Origin: Octopus vulgaris
Lineage: Eukaryota
Direction: 5' to 3'
Length of the DNA: 64,000 bases
Assembly (NCBI GenBank): GCA_951406725.2
Contig: OX597815.1
Location: 124,124,001-124,188,000, forward strand
The translations under genes and the position numbers were made by a program. This document shows positions 1 through 14,070 of this stretch, piece by piece. Under the pieces are notes generated by a model. That model ran no database searches. It was not told the DNA's origin and was given only the letters and a program-made list of their open reading frames with translations. Numbering within the stretch: the stretch's first letter is position 1; each line of letters opens with the position of its first letter.

Positions 1-935
1 CAAACAATATGTATGGCACTTATAGAAATACATCTAACTTCTGACATAGAAGATGCAGAAATACACATGTCAGCACATGTATTTCATACTGACAGAAGAG
101 AAAGAAGTCATGGTGATATTGCCTTGTACATCTGAGAACATGATACACTCCTAGAACTTTTGTTACACTTAAACTCAGTTTCTAATACTTTAATAATACT
201 TATAAAGTAAATATGTTACATGCACAGCATATCATCCACCAAATATCTCAAAACATGATGATAAATTTGAGGATAACTTTTGATACACAAAGCAGGTATT
301 GACCAACCTGGGCCAATACATCAACGTACACCTGGGTGACTTCAGCTTCCCAGATGTTAAATGGCCTGAAGGTCACATTATCTCTGCCAAATCATTACTT
401 GAATTTTATTATATGCTGTTCATGGAACAAGTGATTCTTCAGTCAGCCAGGGGCAACAATGGATATCTGCTTCACAAATAATATGGACATCATCTATAAT
501 ATGAAAATGATGATGACAGCTTTCTCAGACTATATATTGTAGAATTTACAATATACTGTCCTCAGTGAACTACAGGCATCTACCCTATGAGATGGACTCA
601 AGCTATATCCAACTTGAATTTTCATGAAATAGACTATAACTCAATCTACAAACATATTCACAAACAAAACTGTTTATGCAAGGTAATGACTTAAAACTCA
701 GTCAGTTTATGTTGACAGTACAAGCTAAATGTACTAAATAAGTCCAGAAGGTAAAAAAAGACCAGTATACCCAAGAATAAAATCTACAGAGTCTAAAATA
801 TCCTTATGAGATGCAGAACAAAGAGCTCAAACTGGCTAAGTAAGCAACTGAAGGATGGTGTAAAGTCTAACTTATGAAGGACACTCCTAGAAATTGAAAA
901 CAAAATCAAATACTCTAATGAAAGGAAAGAACTGA

Positions 936-993
<58 letters not shown>

Positions 994-2945
994 AAAGCTG
1001 GGGAAAGCATAAAAACAAACTCTAAAACTTTCTATAAATTTTGCAAATAAAATAGCCATGATACAGTACAAAACAGGACCACTATTCCAAGGGAATTGCT
1101 CATTGACTGCAGACTCTAAAAAGATAAGTGAAGTGCTTGGGGAACAATTCAAAGTATCCACTTTGGATACATGCAAATAAATAATCCGACTGAGTTTTTT
1201 CATGCTAAAGCTTTATAACGGAAGGCAGTAACCATCAAGTACATTGATAAAAAATATAGATGTAACAGTAGCCACAGATGAAATGAACTTAAACACAGCA
1301 GCTGTCCCCAATGGTTTCCTAGATATTCTCTTGAAGTCATGAAGAGAAGATTTCACGAAACCATTTCAGATACTTTTCCAGTTTACATGCAAGTGGCAAA
1401 CTTTCTAAAAAGCTAAAAGAAAGCATAACATGCACTATCTGTGAAAGCAGGAGCAGAAAATTAAAAAATATTTTTGTTGTTTTTGTAAAATCTCAGAAAA
1501 TCTCTCTAATTTCACATATCAGCAAAGTCATGGAACAAATCCTCAGAAAGAAACTGATAATATTCTTAGAAGAAAATGACTCTCTGAATGACTCAGCATG
1601 ATCTCCTTCTGGGAAGAAGCTGCCTCACACAACTCTTAAAGCACTGTGACTGAGTTTTGATACAGCCGCTTGACCATACATATATCAATGTGGTATATCT
1701 TGATTCTGCAAAGGCCTTCAGCAAGGTAGATCATGGCATGATATGTCACAAGTTGAAAGATCTTGGCATAACTGGTAAACTAGGGTCATGGCTACATAAC
1801 TTACAAAAAAAAAATTATAGTAGTCAGACAATGGTGCCATCTCTAGGGAAACACAAATTCTAAGTCTTGCAAGCCATTACTGTCTGTAGTAGGTCTTTTA
1901 GACATGCCTATGATCACTCAAGCAGCCACTGTCACTAGCTACATTGATGATACAAAATTATCACAGGCAATAAAGAACTCTGACATTGTCTCAAGTTTCT
2001 AACAAGACTTAAATGTAATATACAAGTGGGTTAGCAAAACAACATGCAATTCAATGCTTGAAAATTTCAAGCATTGTGCAGCTCATTGAGGTACCACAAT
2101 CTGAATATAGAAGATCTGAAGGTACTGCAAGTCCAGAGTAACAGACTGTGAGAGACTTGGGTATCAGTATGTGTTATGATGCATCATTTCAAGTACACAT
2201 TACCAGGATGGCAATAGAGTGTAGATGATTGGCAGGATGGATACCGAGAACCTTCAGGACAAGAGACCAAATAGATCATGTTGATCATGTGGAAGACCTT
2301 TGTTCTCAGTCACCTAGACTCAGGTGTGGTCACCATATAGTCTCAAACTAACAGCAGAGCTTGAAGTAATCCACTGCTACAATACTAAAATAATTTCTTC
2401 AGTGCACCTGATGAACTTATTGGGAGAAGCTGAAAAAACTATTACTTTATTTCCTGAAGTGAAGACGTGAGAAATATGCTATAATTTATCTGTAAAAAAT
2501 CCTAGACGGGCTAGCACTAAACTTTGGCGTCAAAAGTTATACAAATGCCTGTATTAAATGCCACTACATAGTACCAAAAGTACTGTCAACTCCTTCTAAA
2601 TTGTGGACTGCAGAAGCTTGCAAGTCAAAGTCTTTTCAATGCACTTTCAAAAGAATTTAAAATTCACACAATGTGGATGTGAAGGTTTTCATTGGATATC
2701 CTCTTATCTATGATACCAGATGAGCCAACAACAGGAAATACAGACAAGGACAGCAGTGTCAAACTCTCTCATATGCCAAGTGATCCAACAATCAGAAAAA
2801 AAGCACACGCAAACGTGGTGATATGGTATACCACCACCCAGAAGAAACCAATCACAGAAAAGGTCTGTAGAAAGGGTAGAAAATCACGGTGGTGCTTCAG
2901 TATGACTGCAGATGCATGGCAGAAATAATGTATAAAAGAAAAACA
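1..2945 (+). mobile_element. Degenerate CR1/L2-group LINE (APE endonuclease + RT), interrupted by (AG)n
   Basis: Fragments LGDFSFPDVKW (endonuclease), YLDSAKAFSKVDHGMICHKL (RT) and the C-terminal LSMIPDEP motif; many stops; clear DNA similarity to the 12671-14070 copy. Confidence 0.85.
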
Positions 2946-3041
<96 letters not shown>

Positions 3042-3250
3042 GCCTGCCTGTCTGTCTGTTGTCTGTTTGTCTGCATGTATGTGTGTATGGATGTATGTAT
3101 GTATATATGTATGTGCGTGTGTATTTATATATATATACGTATATAGGCCTAGAGAAGAATGAAGCTAGTATTCTCAGTAAAATATGCAATATCAGTGTGT
3201 ACGACATATGCAAAGTGCTGAAATATTGAGAGAAAAATTGGGCATAACTC

Positions 3251-3345
3251 CACACAATGTGGATGTGAAGGTTTTCATTGGATATTCTCTTATCCATGAT
3301 ACCAGATGAGCCAACAGCAGGAAATACAGACAAGGACAGCAGTGT
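3251..3345 (+). repeat. 95-bp direct duplicate of 2665-2759 (CR1 3' segment)
   Basis: CACACAATGTGGATGTGAAGG...GACAAGGACAGCAGTGT occurs at both places with about 3 mismatches. Confidence 0.9.
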
Positions 3346-3349
3346 GAAA

Positions 3350-3700
3350 GACTGGTTTGTTCCTGTGATTCATATGAATGGGGAAAACTGTGATGGCTGA
3401 AACGAAGGAACAGCGTGCTTCCGTGAAATTCTGTTTTCTGCTGAAGAAAATAGCGGCCAAAACAGTTGTCATGCTTCAAACTGTTTACAAGAATGCTTCC
3501 ATGAGCAAAACAAGTTAACGAGCGTTTTTCACGCTTTAGGAATGGTCACTTGTCGCCTGAAGAGCAACCTCGTTCAGGGCGACCGTCGACCCCACCACAA
3601 ATGAATGAAAATGTCACGAAAATTCATGAACTTGGAGGACTGTCACCGAACAATTGACGAACTTGTTGATAAGACTGGTATGTCATGGAGCTTCTACCAT
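3350..3700 (+). mobile_element. Mariner transposase 5' fragment
   Basis: Reads MAETKEQRASVKFCFLLKKIAAKT...EEQPRSGRPS, a mariner N-terminal HTH region; frameshifted and truncated. Confidence 0.75.
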
Positions 3701-3751
3701 GGAGCTTCTGCGCCCATATATATTTTTCCTTCTGGCCACGCCTGCACCCAT

Positions 3752-4016
3752 ATATATATTCGTTGCTATTATGCAAAATGCCGTAAGCCCAAAACGTTGC
3801 TTTTTCAGAAAACGAAAAAATCGTTTTACCATTCCATAACAAAACCGTTGTACTACACTTTGACAATTTTTGATATTTTTGGCATCTGAAGCAGCTGGAG
3901 ATACGATAGCTTGACCAAAAGAACAGCTATTGCAAGCAAAAATGAATATTGAAAAAACAACGCATTTGGCCAAATTTGGACTTACAACAGTTTAACATAA
4001 TAGCAACAATATATAT
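3752..4016. mobile_element. Mariner-like MITE with ~40-bp imperfect TIRs in TA context
   Basis: TATATATTCGTTGCTATTATGCAAAATGCCGTAAGCCCAAA versus the reverse complement of the right end, TATATATTGTTGCTATTATGTTAAACTGTTGTAAGTCCAAA. Confidence 0.65.
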
Positions 4017-4045
4017 ATGTATTTATATATATATGTGTGTGTGTT

Positions 4046-4094
<49 letters not shown>

Positions 4095-4471
4095 GTGTGT
4101 GTGTGTATACATATACACATGCACACAAGAATACTTTGAAATAACATGGACTAAGACAAACCTCAACAGAAACCCTGACTATATTATCTTTGATGAGACG
4201 TCTGTATAACTAACAGAACCCTGCTACAGTAAAGGAGAAGCATCAAAATCAAATTCCATCTATTTCTAATGAGATAACGTCTCTTGGGGAAATATTTCTA
4301 TTGACCCACAGTATTGAAACCTAATTGCACCACATCTGGTGCCATAGTTGAGAATTACATCCGAATTTTCAGGTAAACTTGGTGCCCTCTAGCCGATAAT
4401 TCGAAAACTGAGATAAGGAAGATAAAAGTCATGCATTACTTTCAACAAATGTAGTTTGTGAAGGTTGATAA

Positions 4472-4856
4472 TGTGGAAGCACTCCGTCGGTTACGACGAT
4501 GAGGGTTCCGGTTGATCCGAATCAACGGAACAGCCTGCTCGTGAAATTAACGTGTAAGTGGCTGAGCACTCCACAGACACGTGCACCCTTAACGTAGTTC
4601 TCGGGGATATTCAGCGTGACACAGAGTGACAAGGCCGGCCCCTTGAAATACAGGTACAACAGAAACAGGAAGTAAGAGTGAGAGAAAGTTGTGGTGAAAG
4701 AGTACAGCAGGGATCACCACCATCCCCTGCCGGAGCCTCGAGGAGCTTTTAGGTGTTTTCGCTCAATAAACACTCACAACGCCCGGTCTGGGAATCGAAA
4801 CCGCGATCCTATGACCGCGAGTCCGCTGCCCTAACCACTGGGCCATTGCGCCTCCA
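4472..4856 (-). mobile_element. Full-length tRNA-derived SINE (family 1)
   Basis: 5' GGAGGCGCAATGGCCCAGTGGTTAGG (A box) ... GGTTTCGATTCCC (B box), followed by a GC-rich body and tail. A degenerate related head lies at ~17490-17585 (-) and possibly ~10230-10310 (+). Confidence 0.8.
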
Positions 4857-4955
4857 CTGACTGATAATATTTCTAACCTCACCAACAAATATTACTGAAA
4901 TATGCCTCCTTGACTGCCTGTACATATCTCCTCCATCTCTCTCCCCATCTATCTA

Positions 4956-4988
<33 letters not shown>

Positions 4989-5882
4989 CACGCGCACACA
5001 CGTGTATTTACGTATACAGACTTCTTTTTCCATTTTCTCTCTCTTTCTGTATATAATATATATATTATATAATATCCTTTAATATACACATGATTTAAAT
5101 TCGAGCTACTATTAACTTCATACCTCTGAAGACACCATGTATAGTGCGGCATATATTTCCAAGCTATCATTTATCTCTCACTGGATGGTGTACTTTTTGT
5201 TGATACCACCGATAACGGATCAGTATATAATATAATATAATACAATATAATATAATAAAATATTATATCTAATGTAATTTAGTAAATATATATATATATA
5301 TTTGCATATACAGTGGCGGCTCGTAGATAAAATTAGTAAGTGTGCTGCTCAGAAAATTTTTAGCGGTTGTTTTAATATTGTGTAAAAGTAAACAACATAT
5401 AAAAAGAAAATTTATACATAAACTTGATCGGTTCGCATTTTAGACATTGCCGGGTAGTGTGTTTAATTTGTTCACTGAGCAGCGCCGCGAATTTTCCCTT
5501 GTTTTTCAAAAGTCCCCCCTAAATCACAAAATAAGGCGGGGAAATGTGCCCTGTTTTTCAAATCCTGGCAGCAACACTGAAGCGGGAAACAGGATAATAA
5601 TCTAATTCTACACGTTATCACATTCAAGAATATAAACACGTGTTTAAGCGCAACTCACGCGGTGTCAAAAAAAAAATCACTTTTCACTCGCCACTGTCGT
5701 ACACACAGTGCTCTCTCTTCCTAGTGTGAAGCTTCCTATCTCGGATATGTGAGTATGCGCACAACAACCAAACACCGCGTTGCTGGGACTGTGAAGCACG
5801 CAATTCTATATTAGGATTTTTGTATTCTTTCATAAACTTGGGTATGGCTACTGAACATTAAGTTTAAGGATTATATAATGTA

Positions 5883-7140
5883 AGGGAGACCGAATCTAGT
5901 TGTTACACAGGTAAGTTGTTACAAGCCCGTTGTTTCCAACTTCAAGAAATAGGTGGCACTCGGGTCTCTACCTCGTGAAGGCCAGCTCCATAGCATCATG
6001 ACTGCACATATGTATTGCACTGGCAGGCTGCCACCAGGAAAGGTATGGCCCAAGAAACGATTTTTTACTCCAAAAGTGATATTTTGACAGGAAGTTATTT
6101 TCTTAAAGTAGTTTGCGGCTCATTAAGAAGTGTTGGAAGTTGCCTTCGATACATGAAGGTGTCTCCTGGATGCTATGCTTTGCTAGTGCTGTATACGAGG
6201 TAATCCCCAGAAATCCATGGTCGGGGCTAATTGTTACAGTGTATCAACTTACCCCAGGCATGTAACAACTTATCTCTTCTGATTCAGTTTAACACGCCAT
6301 GCCTAGAAATTACAAAAGGAAGACTAAAAGGGGGGATACCTCTCCTGATGTCATGGAAAGAGCCGCCAGAAAAGTTGTGGATGAAAAGAAATCGTTATGG
6401 GATGTTGCCGTAAAACAGCGTATAGAAGAGGAAATAAACGAACAGAAATCCAAACCAAAGAAGGCAACTGGTACAGAAAAGGCAACAAAGGGAAGGGAAA
6501 AGTCAAGTAAAATAGGTAAAGGCAAAGGAAAGCAGCCTCGCAGCAGGCAAGTCGCCGATTGGAAATGCCTTGTTTGCTCAGATTGGTATTCCAACTCCCT
6601 TCCAGGTGAAGAATGGGTGCAATGCATGATCTGTATAGACTGGGCACACACTGACTGTACCGATGGACGACAGGACTTTCTGTGTGATCTGTGTGGTGAG
6701 AAGTTAATGGAGGACGATTCCGACTAGATGGCACATGTAACAATGGGGAAATTGGCTGATGAGGACTCTCAGTATCATAGTTAGGATATTAGGTGGTTCA
6801 AAGCACAGTTAATTAATTAAAATAATACTTCCTAGATGCAAGAAACAGGAGACATGTTCATTTTAAACTTGTTAACATAATTCCGAGTTATCGACAGTTG
6901 TAACAAAGTACCCCAGCAAGTGTCACAACGTCCCCGCACTCGGGAAAATTGTTACAGCTGACACCACCTCATTAATTAGAACCTGTCTAATTGATGTTAC
7001 GTAATTTCTGTTTTTTTGTTGGTGATAACAATAAATAGAGATGTTTCACTAATTAAATCTGAAAAGAAACTTCAGATGTGTTCGTTTATATGGGTGCCAG
7101 GGCAAATGAAAAATGTAACAACGGGATCCGGTCTCCCCTT
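5883..7140 (+). mobile_element. Internally deleted pogo-like DNA transposon (TA TSD, ~25-bp TIRs)
   Basis: Left TA-AGGGAGACCGAATCTAGTTGTTACA; right TGTAACAACGGGATCCGGTCTCCCCTT-TA; subterminal GTTGTTACA/TGTAACAAC repeats. Confidence 0.8.
6299..6727 (+). CDS. Truncated transposase ORF: psq-type HTH start fused in frame to a C-terminal PHD finger (142 aa)
   Basis: MPRNYKRKT...MERAARKV start typical of pogo/psq-HTH transposases; C4HC3 pattern CLVC...WVQCMICIDWAHTDC...CDLC; DDE domain absent. Confidence 0.65.
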   Translation: MPRNYKRKTKRGDTSPDVMERAARKVVDEKKSLWDVAVKQRIEEEINEQKSKPKKATGTEKATKGREKSSKIGKGKGKQPRSRQVADWKCLVCSDWYSNSLPGEEWVQCMICIDWAHTDCTDGRQDFLCDLCGEKLMEDDSD

Positions 7141-7239
7141 TATGGTAATGGCGTTGATGACTAAGTAAACCAATCCTTGCATGGAAGAGTCGATGGCGTT
7201 GACTGCGTAGTAATATTGGTGGAGAACGAGTTTAATTTT

Positions 7240-8165
7240 GTCGAACCTTTCTCTCCTATCGTTTCATTTCTTCTTTTTCTTTTCTAGTGGCTTCTAAGTT
7301 TTTGGTTCCGATGGTAATGGAACAACGCTAGGTGGTACGGTTTCGGACTTGTGTTTCAAACGATTTAGGTTCAAAACCAGTGGCTTTCAGTGTTGTTTTT
7401 AGTTGGTCTTTGTATTTTCGTGGTCTTTTCCTTGAAGTGAGCGCGCTGAATACGACTTGGTGTGGGAACTTTGACTCTTCTATTCTTGCTATATGTCCTG
7501 ACCATCAAAGACGGTGTTTCATGATCAGCGAATCGATGCTTTGACTGTTGGCTCTTTCCAGTACTTTGTTGTTGCTCACACAGTATTCCCATTTAATGCT
7601 CAAGTCTGAACGAAGCTTTTGTTGGTAAAAGCGTTCAATTTTTGGATATGGCGACAATATAGAGTTCAGGTTTTACAATCATATAGCAAGATTAAAATGG
7701 CAAGTGCATTATAAACCATAATTATGTTATGTTCATATCTTTATTGTTGAAGAAGCGTTTGATTAACTTTCCAAATGTTCCATGTGCAGCTTGAATTCTG
7801 TGTTCCACATCCTTTTCTACGCTACCTAAATACGGAAAATGCTCTACTTGTTCGAGAAGTGTATCAGAGATGATAATATCAAAATCTGGTAAATTAGTAT
7901 TTGGGGTTGGTTGTGCAGGGACCTTGATTTTCTTGATGTTTACTGTGAGGCCAAAGCAATGGCAAGCCATAGCAAAGTTGTTCACAGGCTGTTGTTCTTT
8001 TGAATGTCAGAAGTTCTGAGATGTGTTACGTGTGTGTTAGATGTTTAGACCGAAGTCTACTAAAATTGAAAAGTTCTCTAGCATATCGGAATCTGATGCC
8101 AACTCCTGAATTGTCTGGAGGGTGTTCGTGAAGCATCACAGCTAGATACAAGGAGAATAGCGTAT
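7240..8165 (-). mobile_element. Degenerate RTE-clade LINE fragment
   Basis: FGLTVNIKK, LEQVEHFPYLGS, IKWEYCVSNNKVLERA...WSGHIARIE motifs. Confidence 0.8.
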
Positions 8166-8676
8166 TGTATGTATGTATGTATGTATGTATGTATGTATGT
8201 ATGTATGTATGTATGTATGTATGGTTAACAAAGCATATATGTACTCCACAGGTTACATTATAATGGATATCAAAAGTATACAACAAATGTTCATATATGT
8301 TATGAAATATTTGCGGGCCATAGCACTGAGTCTGCCCGATGAAAGAATGAACGGAATGAGGCAACTTCTAATATACGATTTAAAGAAAATACGCGCAGTG
8401 TTGCGTAGTTTTACTTCACAACGCGCCTTCTACAACAGGAAGATTTGCTTTAAGAATTCATCAGTGTTAAAAAAAAAAGAGAGAAATAAATGTTACACAG
8501 CAGTAAAAGGATGTTAGTTACGTGGAGCTAAATCTAGTACGGTATGAGAATACGCAAAAGACGGGTGCACATAAGTCAAACACTTTTATATCTAACCAAA
8601 TAAAACTGCCTTTCGTAAATGTGCTCAACATGGAATTAACTCCATAAGAACATGTTTAGTAACAAGACACACACTT

Positions 8677-8759
<83 letters not shown>

Positions 8760-8989
8760 GTGTGTGTGTACCTGTTAATCTATCTCTATCTGTATATATA
8801 CTGTGGGGTTCCGAATAGTTTCCTACTACCAAATTCCGCTCTGAAGTATTGGTTAATTCTACATTATAGTAGACGATGCATCACTAAAATGCTGCACGAT
8901 GTAATGGAGACTGGAACCACGTTGTTGCGAAGCGACCGTTTTAACCGCTCAGTCCTTCCTTAAAGTTATTATAAACCGCTGATGTTGGC

Positions 8990-9500
8990 TCTAGTCTTGT
9001 TAAAGTTATTATAGAGTCTTGAAATATTTCACTACTGTTCTCTGTTTGATGTTGGCTCTTAGATTGTTTTTTCTAAACGCTGTTTTGATATAGTTTACAA
9101 TTATTCGTATCACTATTACTGGCTTCAAAATGTTCGTTAGAACTATTATTACACCACAATAATTTTTCAGTATTTATTTAGCATTAGATTCATAGATATT
9201 TTTGAAGATGTTATTATATTCTCATATACTTTAGTATTGTTCTTCTTGGCGGCTTGGTACAAGAGTTATTTTTAGTGTTGTTATTGTAGCCATATAATTT
9301 TGCAGAAGGTAAACAGTAGGAGCCAAGGAAACTAGTGACGGCATAATACTTCTTGCTGGGTCTGCGTCACACGATATTTTTAGAGTTGTTATTTTCAAAT
9401 ATATTTTCGCATTGCTCTTAATTTTTAGCGCATCAGTTTGTAACAGAGTGGCGGTCAAAATGCCTTACGTTATTTTTCAAGTACATTCGCCGAGATCAAC
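8990..9500 (-). mobile_element. Highly degenerate Penelope-like fragment
   Basis: KIYLKITTLKISC resembles the Penelope KIFNRNTLKISYSC motif. Confidence 0.4.
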
Positions 9501-11374
9501 TTTATAATTCTTCCTTTAGGCAATGATAAAATAAATGCAAGTTGAACATTGAAGTTGATTTTATCGAAATTTAAGTCCTTGTGTCTAAGTTAGTAATGGT
9601 ATTGTGCTTACTCATATTTCTTCCAACAAAATTCAAAGAGACCACAGGATGGTTTCCCCTGTTTACCGTTATCAAACAGCTGGATTCCTGCTACAGTTAA
9701 AGGCAACCGGAAATATTTTTAGTTAACTTGTTAACAACAGCTGTTGCTGTTAGGGACAAGCAGCTACCATAACAATATCTAACTACGCAACACTTCACAA
9801 TCCGAGGTCTCTGCCCCAGCTACTGATGTATCACGCACTATACAATAGCCTAATTGTAACATTCTTGTTGGGGGCATGAGTAACATACTCATTTTAATAT
9901 CGACGCCATTTAGAAAACTGGCCTTTTGTGCTTTTATTCATGTATTTATTTCTTTAATACTTTTCTGATAAATTCATATATTCTGCGTCTTAACATTTTA
10001 ATTAACAACATCAACACTGGCTGTTTTTTTCTTACTATGTACAAAAGCCTCTATATGCTAATGGAGGAGTGGAACTGAGAAGTTATATTTTTCGAAGAGC
10101 AATAATAACTAAAGTGAAATGAAATAATTTCGGAAAGATTCTAAAACCAGATAGAAAATTCGACTTACTATGAATTTAACTATTATTCCTTGCCATTACA
10201 GTTTTATTTCCTCTTTTAGGTAGAGAATGAAAGCGCGTAGCCTAGTGGTTAAAGTGTCGGGTTCATGATCGTAGAGCTTAGGGATCAATTCCTGAAGCGG
10301 GAGGGGTGCTCATGACCTTCAGCAAATCATTTTATTTCACGTTGCTCCAGTCTTAGCTACAAATGAGATCCAGTCAATATTGGTTAAGCCGTCTCTTTTC
10401 ATCTCCCATAACTTGGATGTTCCGTTGAGTCAACGGTTAGGGGGCCAACATAGGCATCCAAAACAGTTAGCTAAAGTATGGTACATGTCATCAAGCCATA
10501 CTCGCTCGCAGGTGATGGCTGGCTGTACTTTTAAAAAAGAATTTTTATGGGGTAATTGTAAATTTATTTTATTTATTCCGAAGTGATTAAAAGGAAATTG
10601 TAAATTAGAACTCTGCAGATTGAAAATACATCCTGAAAAATATGTAGTCTTGCGTTCTAAAGCTGTACTAGAAGTTGAAAAGAAGAGAAAATATTTATTG
10701 CTTCAAAGAAACGTACATGTACAACATGGGTAACTACAGGAACTCGGAGTGATGTAATATTTTACTGAAAACCTAACATTACACACACATTCAAATGTAT
10801 GTATATAAGATGGTGAATCGTGTATGCAGAGCATCGAAGACTAAATAGCTAATAGAATACCAGCTTTCTCCATGCTGTAGGCATGTGAGTATTTGAACAT
10901 GAACCAAATAGAGTAAAATAACGTAAAAGTTGTGTCTAAATGCGCTCCATCTGCTTACTTATTACATAGAAAGTATATAGGAACCTTCCGCATGATGCCT
11001 ATTTACTGCTAGAAAAACTAAGCTGTTGCGTTTAGAGTTTTCGTCTGGACACCATTTAACGCTGGTGATGTAGCATGATTAGCACTTTTTTCTTTGCTTG
11101 CTGTAACTCTCCCACATACAGATGCACAATCTCTTTATCTTTCTGATACCTTTTCTCATACAGATACTCTTTTTCTACATTTCACACACATATTTTTCTT
11201 TCTTTCTTTCTTTCTTTCTTTGTGAGTAAGTGGGTGTCTGTGCGCGCGCGCGAGTATTTGTTAAAATTGTTTTTAAAAGTCAGAACAATGAAAGTTGAAA
11301 TAATGAAGAGAAAACAGGAGTACGGAAGAAAAAAGAACCCAGTTTACATTTTACTATGCACTTCCACATTTAGG

Positions 11375-12050
11375 TTAAAAGCCTTTCTTCATTAGAAAAC
11401 AGGGGATGATGTTGAACCGGTATTTTTTGCACAGATATGTTGGGTGTGAGGTTTGCAACCAGTGCAGACAAGTGTTCTTTGGAAGTTCACGCCTCTTGTT
11501 AAAACCAATTCTAAAAACGAGTATAGTCCCTTTAATCTTCGAATTACTGATATTCATTCTGAGGCATTGATGATAACTGTGATGATTTGGATGCGACATT
11601 TCTTCAGACGTTTGCGAATATACAGTTTGCAGACAGTGTTTCTGTCTGGAGTGTCCGCTCCATTTATTGCAGAATATTTGGTACACTACGTTGATAGAGC
11701 ATTTAGCCAGTGTACATATTTTTGGTCACTGTTGGTAGACAAAAGCTTGCTTGTCAGAATATAGTGGTCTCAGAAAGCATTTGCCCTCCTTGGAGGTGTA
11801 AACCTTCTTTGAGGGTATTTAGCATGCTGTTATTTGACGAAAGATAGTGGTAGTTAACTAATAAAACAGTTTGGGACTATTTGGTGTTGGAACTATTTAT
11901 CTACTGCTCATAGCACCTGTTGTGTATGTGGGAAATTTCATTTTGTATTTAGGTGGTCTTTGCTCTAGTGAGCAAAGCTGATACGTAGTATAGAAATTGT
12001 TCCTTTCTGAGCACTTTGCTGTAGAAGTTGGATCCGTTATCTGTGATCCA
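11375..12050 (-). mobile_element. Degenerate Penelope-like fragment (GIY-YIG end)
   Basis: VVYQIFC at the start of a GIY-YIG-like region and a C-terminal ...VQKIPVQHHPLF* tail; frameshifted. Confidence 0.4.
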
Positions 12051-12333
12051 GCTGAGAGAGAGAGAGATGGAGGGAAGGAGAAAGAGAGAGAGGGGGAGAG
12101 AGAGATGGAGAGAAGGAGAGAGAGAGAGAAATCAGTAGATCAGCTGACCAGCTGGTCCACTGGTTTTGTCACGCTGGAGGGGAGTGGTTCGCTCCCTTAC
12201 TCGCAATATATATGACACAGGTTGTGTGTCGTTATCCAGCTGGGAAATGTTTTCCTGCGGTTAAAATGTAGTAACAAAGTTGTGCATGGAACAGCCACGC
12301 AGAAGTAGCAACAAACATTACTCTCTCTCTTTC

Positions 12334-12485
<152 letters not shown>

Positions 12486-12489
12486 CATA

Positions 12490-12670
12490 TACAAAGGCAA
12501 TTCTTCTCGAAAGACATTACCCAGCATCACTAGTTGACAATGGAACAGAACGGGCCAAATCAATTACTACTCAAGACTTACGAAAGCAAAAACACACTCA
12601 CAGTACAGTAAATAGCCTCCCCTATCTCTCAACACACAATCCAAGAAATGCAGAAGCTTACACAATTATA
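12490..12670 (+). mobile_element. Penelope-like RT C-terminal fragment abutting a CR1 copy
   Basis: [19 protein letters not shown]...LPYLSTHNP matches the Penelope L..RGYP...LPY..T.NP pattern. Confidence 0.55.
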
Positions 12671-14070
12671 TAATATGCCCTATTCATAAAGGAGGTGGCA
12701 GAGCGGAGGCCAAGAACTACAGACCTATCTCTCTGACCTCACACATCAGCAAGGTCATGGAACGAATAATCAGAAGGAAACTAATCACCTTCCTTGAAGA
12801 AAATGACTTGCTGCCTGACACCCAACATGGTTTCCGACCAAGAAGAAGCTGCCTAACTCAGCTCCTACAACACTATGACTGGGTGCTGAAACGGCTGCTC
12901 AACCACTCAAATGTGGAAGTGATATATCTCGACTTTGCAAAGGCCTTTGATAAAGTCGATCATGGAATGATATGTCACAAACTGCGTGATCTCAACATAG
13001 TTGGAAAATTGGGAGAATGGCTTCATGACTTTCTGAAGGATAGAAGCCAGCAAATAGTGAGCGGTGTTCCGCAAGGCACTATTTTGGGACCACTACTGTT
13101 CATAATGGCCCTCTCAGACATGCCCTCAGCCACGCAGAGAGCCACGATCACAAGTTATGCAGATGATGCAAAAGTTTCACAGGCAATACAGAACCCTGAA
13201 GACACTATGCACCTGCAATGTGAGCTGGACAAAATATACAAGTGGGCTGAAAAGAATAGCATGCAGTTCAATGCTGAAAAGTTTCAAGCTTTATGCTATC
13301 AGCATGCAAAACTAAATGCAATACACAATAAATACACTGTACCTGGAGAGATTGCAATCCCAGAGGCACAATCAGTGCGAGACCTGGGTATTTACATGAG
13401 TGATGATGCAACCTTTCATGTGCATGTTGCTAAATTGGCAATGAAATGTAGGCGGCTGACCGGATGGATTCTTAGAACCTTTAGAACAAGAGACCAGGAA
13501 ACCATAATGGTCCTCTGGAGGACACTTGTCCTAAGCCACTTTGACTATTGATCTCAGCTATGGTCACCATCCAGTGTCAAGTTAATCACAGAACGAGGTG
13601 ATCCAACGAATCTACAGGAAGAAGATAGCCTCTATGCAGCATATAAGCTACTGGGAAAGACTCAAGAGATTAAGACTCTATTCCTTAGAGCGTAGGCGAG
13701 AAAGATATGCCATAATATACATATGGAAGATCCTAGAAGGACTTGTCCCAAACTTTGGCATCGGGAGTTACACAAATACTAGAACCTGGCGCCATTCATA
13801 GTGCTAAGGACTCCAAATTTGCCATCAAGATGTAGGACAAGATACTGTGATAGCCTGGGCTTCAGAGGCCCACAGCTCTTCAATATCCTCCCGAAGAACC
13901 TGAGAGACCTGCAGGAGGTGCAGATGAGGGCAGCTGCATCAAACTCTCTCATGCACCAAATGGCAATTGCTAAAAACCATTCGTGAAGTAAAATCATGTA
14001 GCAACACCAAATGGCGGTGCCCCAGCATGGCCACAGCTTGTGAGCTGAAACTAGATAAAATAAAAATAAT
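12671..14070 (+). mobile_element. 5'-truncated CR1/L2-group LINE (RT and 3' end)
   Basis: ORF 12757-13551 with QHGFR, YLDFAKAFDKVDH, SGVPQGTILGPLLF, YADD; LYSLERRRERY; A-rich tail ~14055-14070. Confidence 0.92.

Noticed and set aside
4780-4856. tRNA-like sequence
   Set aside because: It continues directly into a SINE body and lacks a proper acceptor stem; it is a SINE head, not a tRNA gene.
5311-5696. Possible hAT MITE with CAGTGGCG termini
   Set aside because: Only an 8-bp inverted match and no matching TSD.
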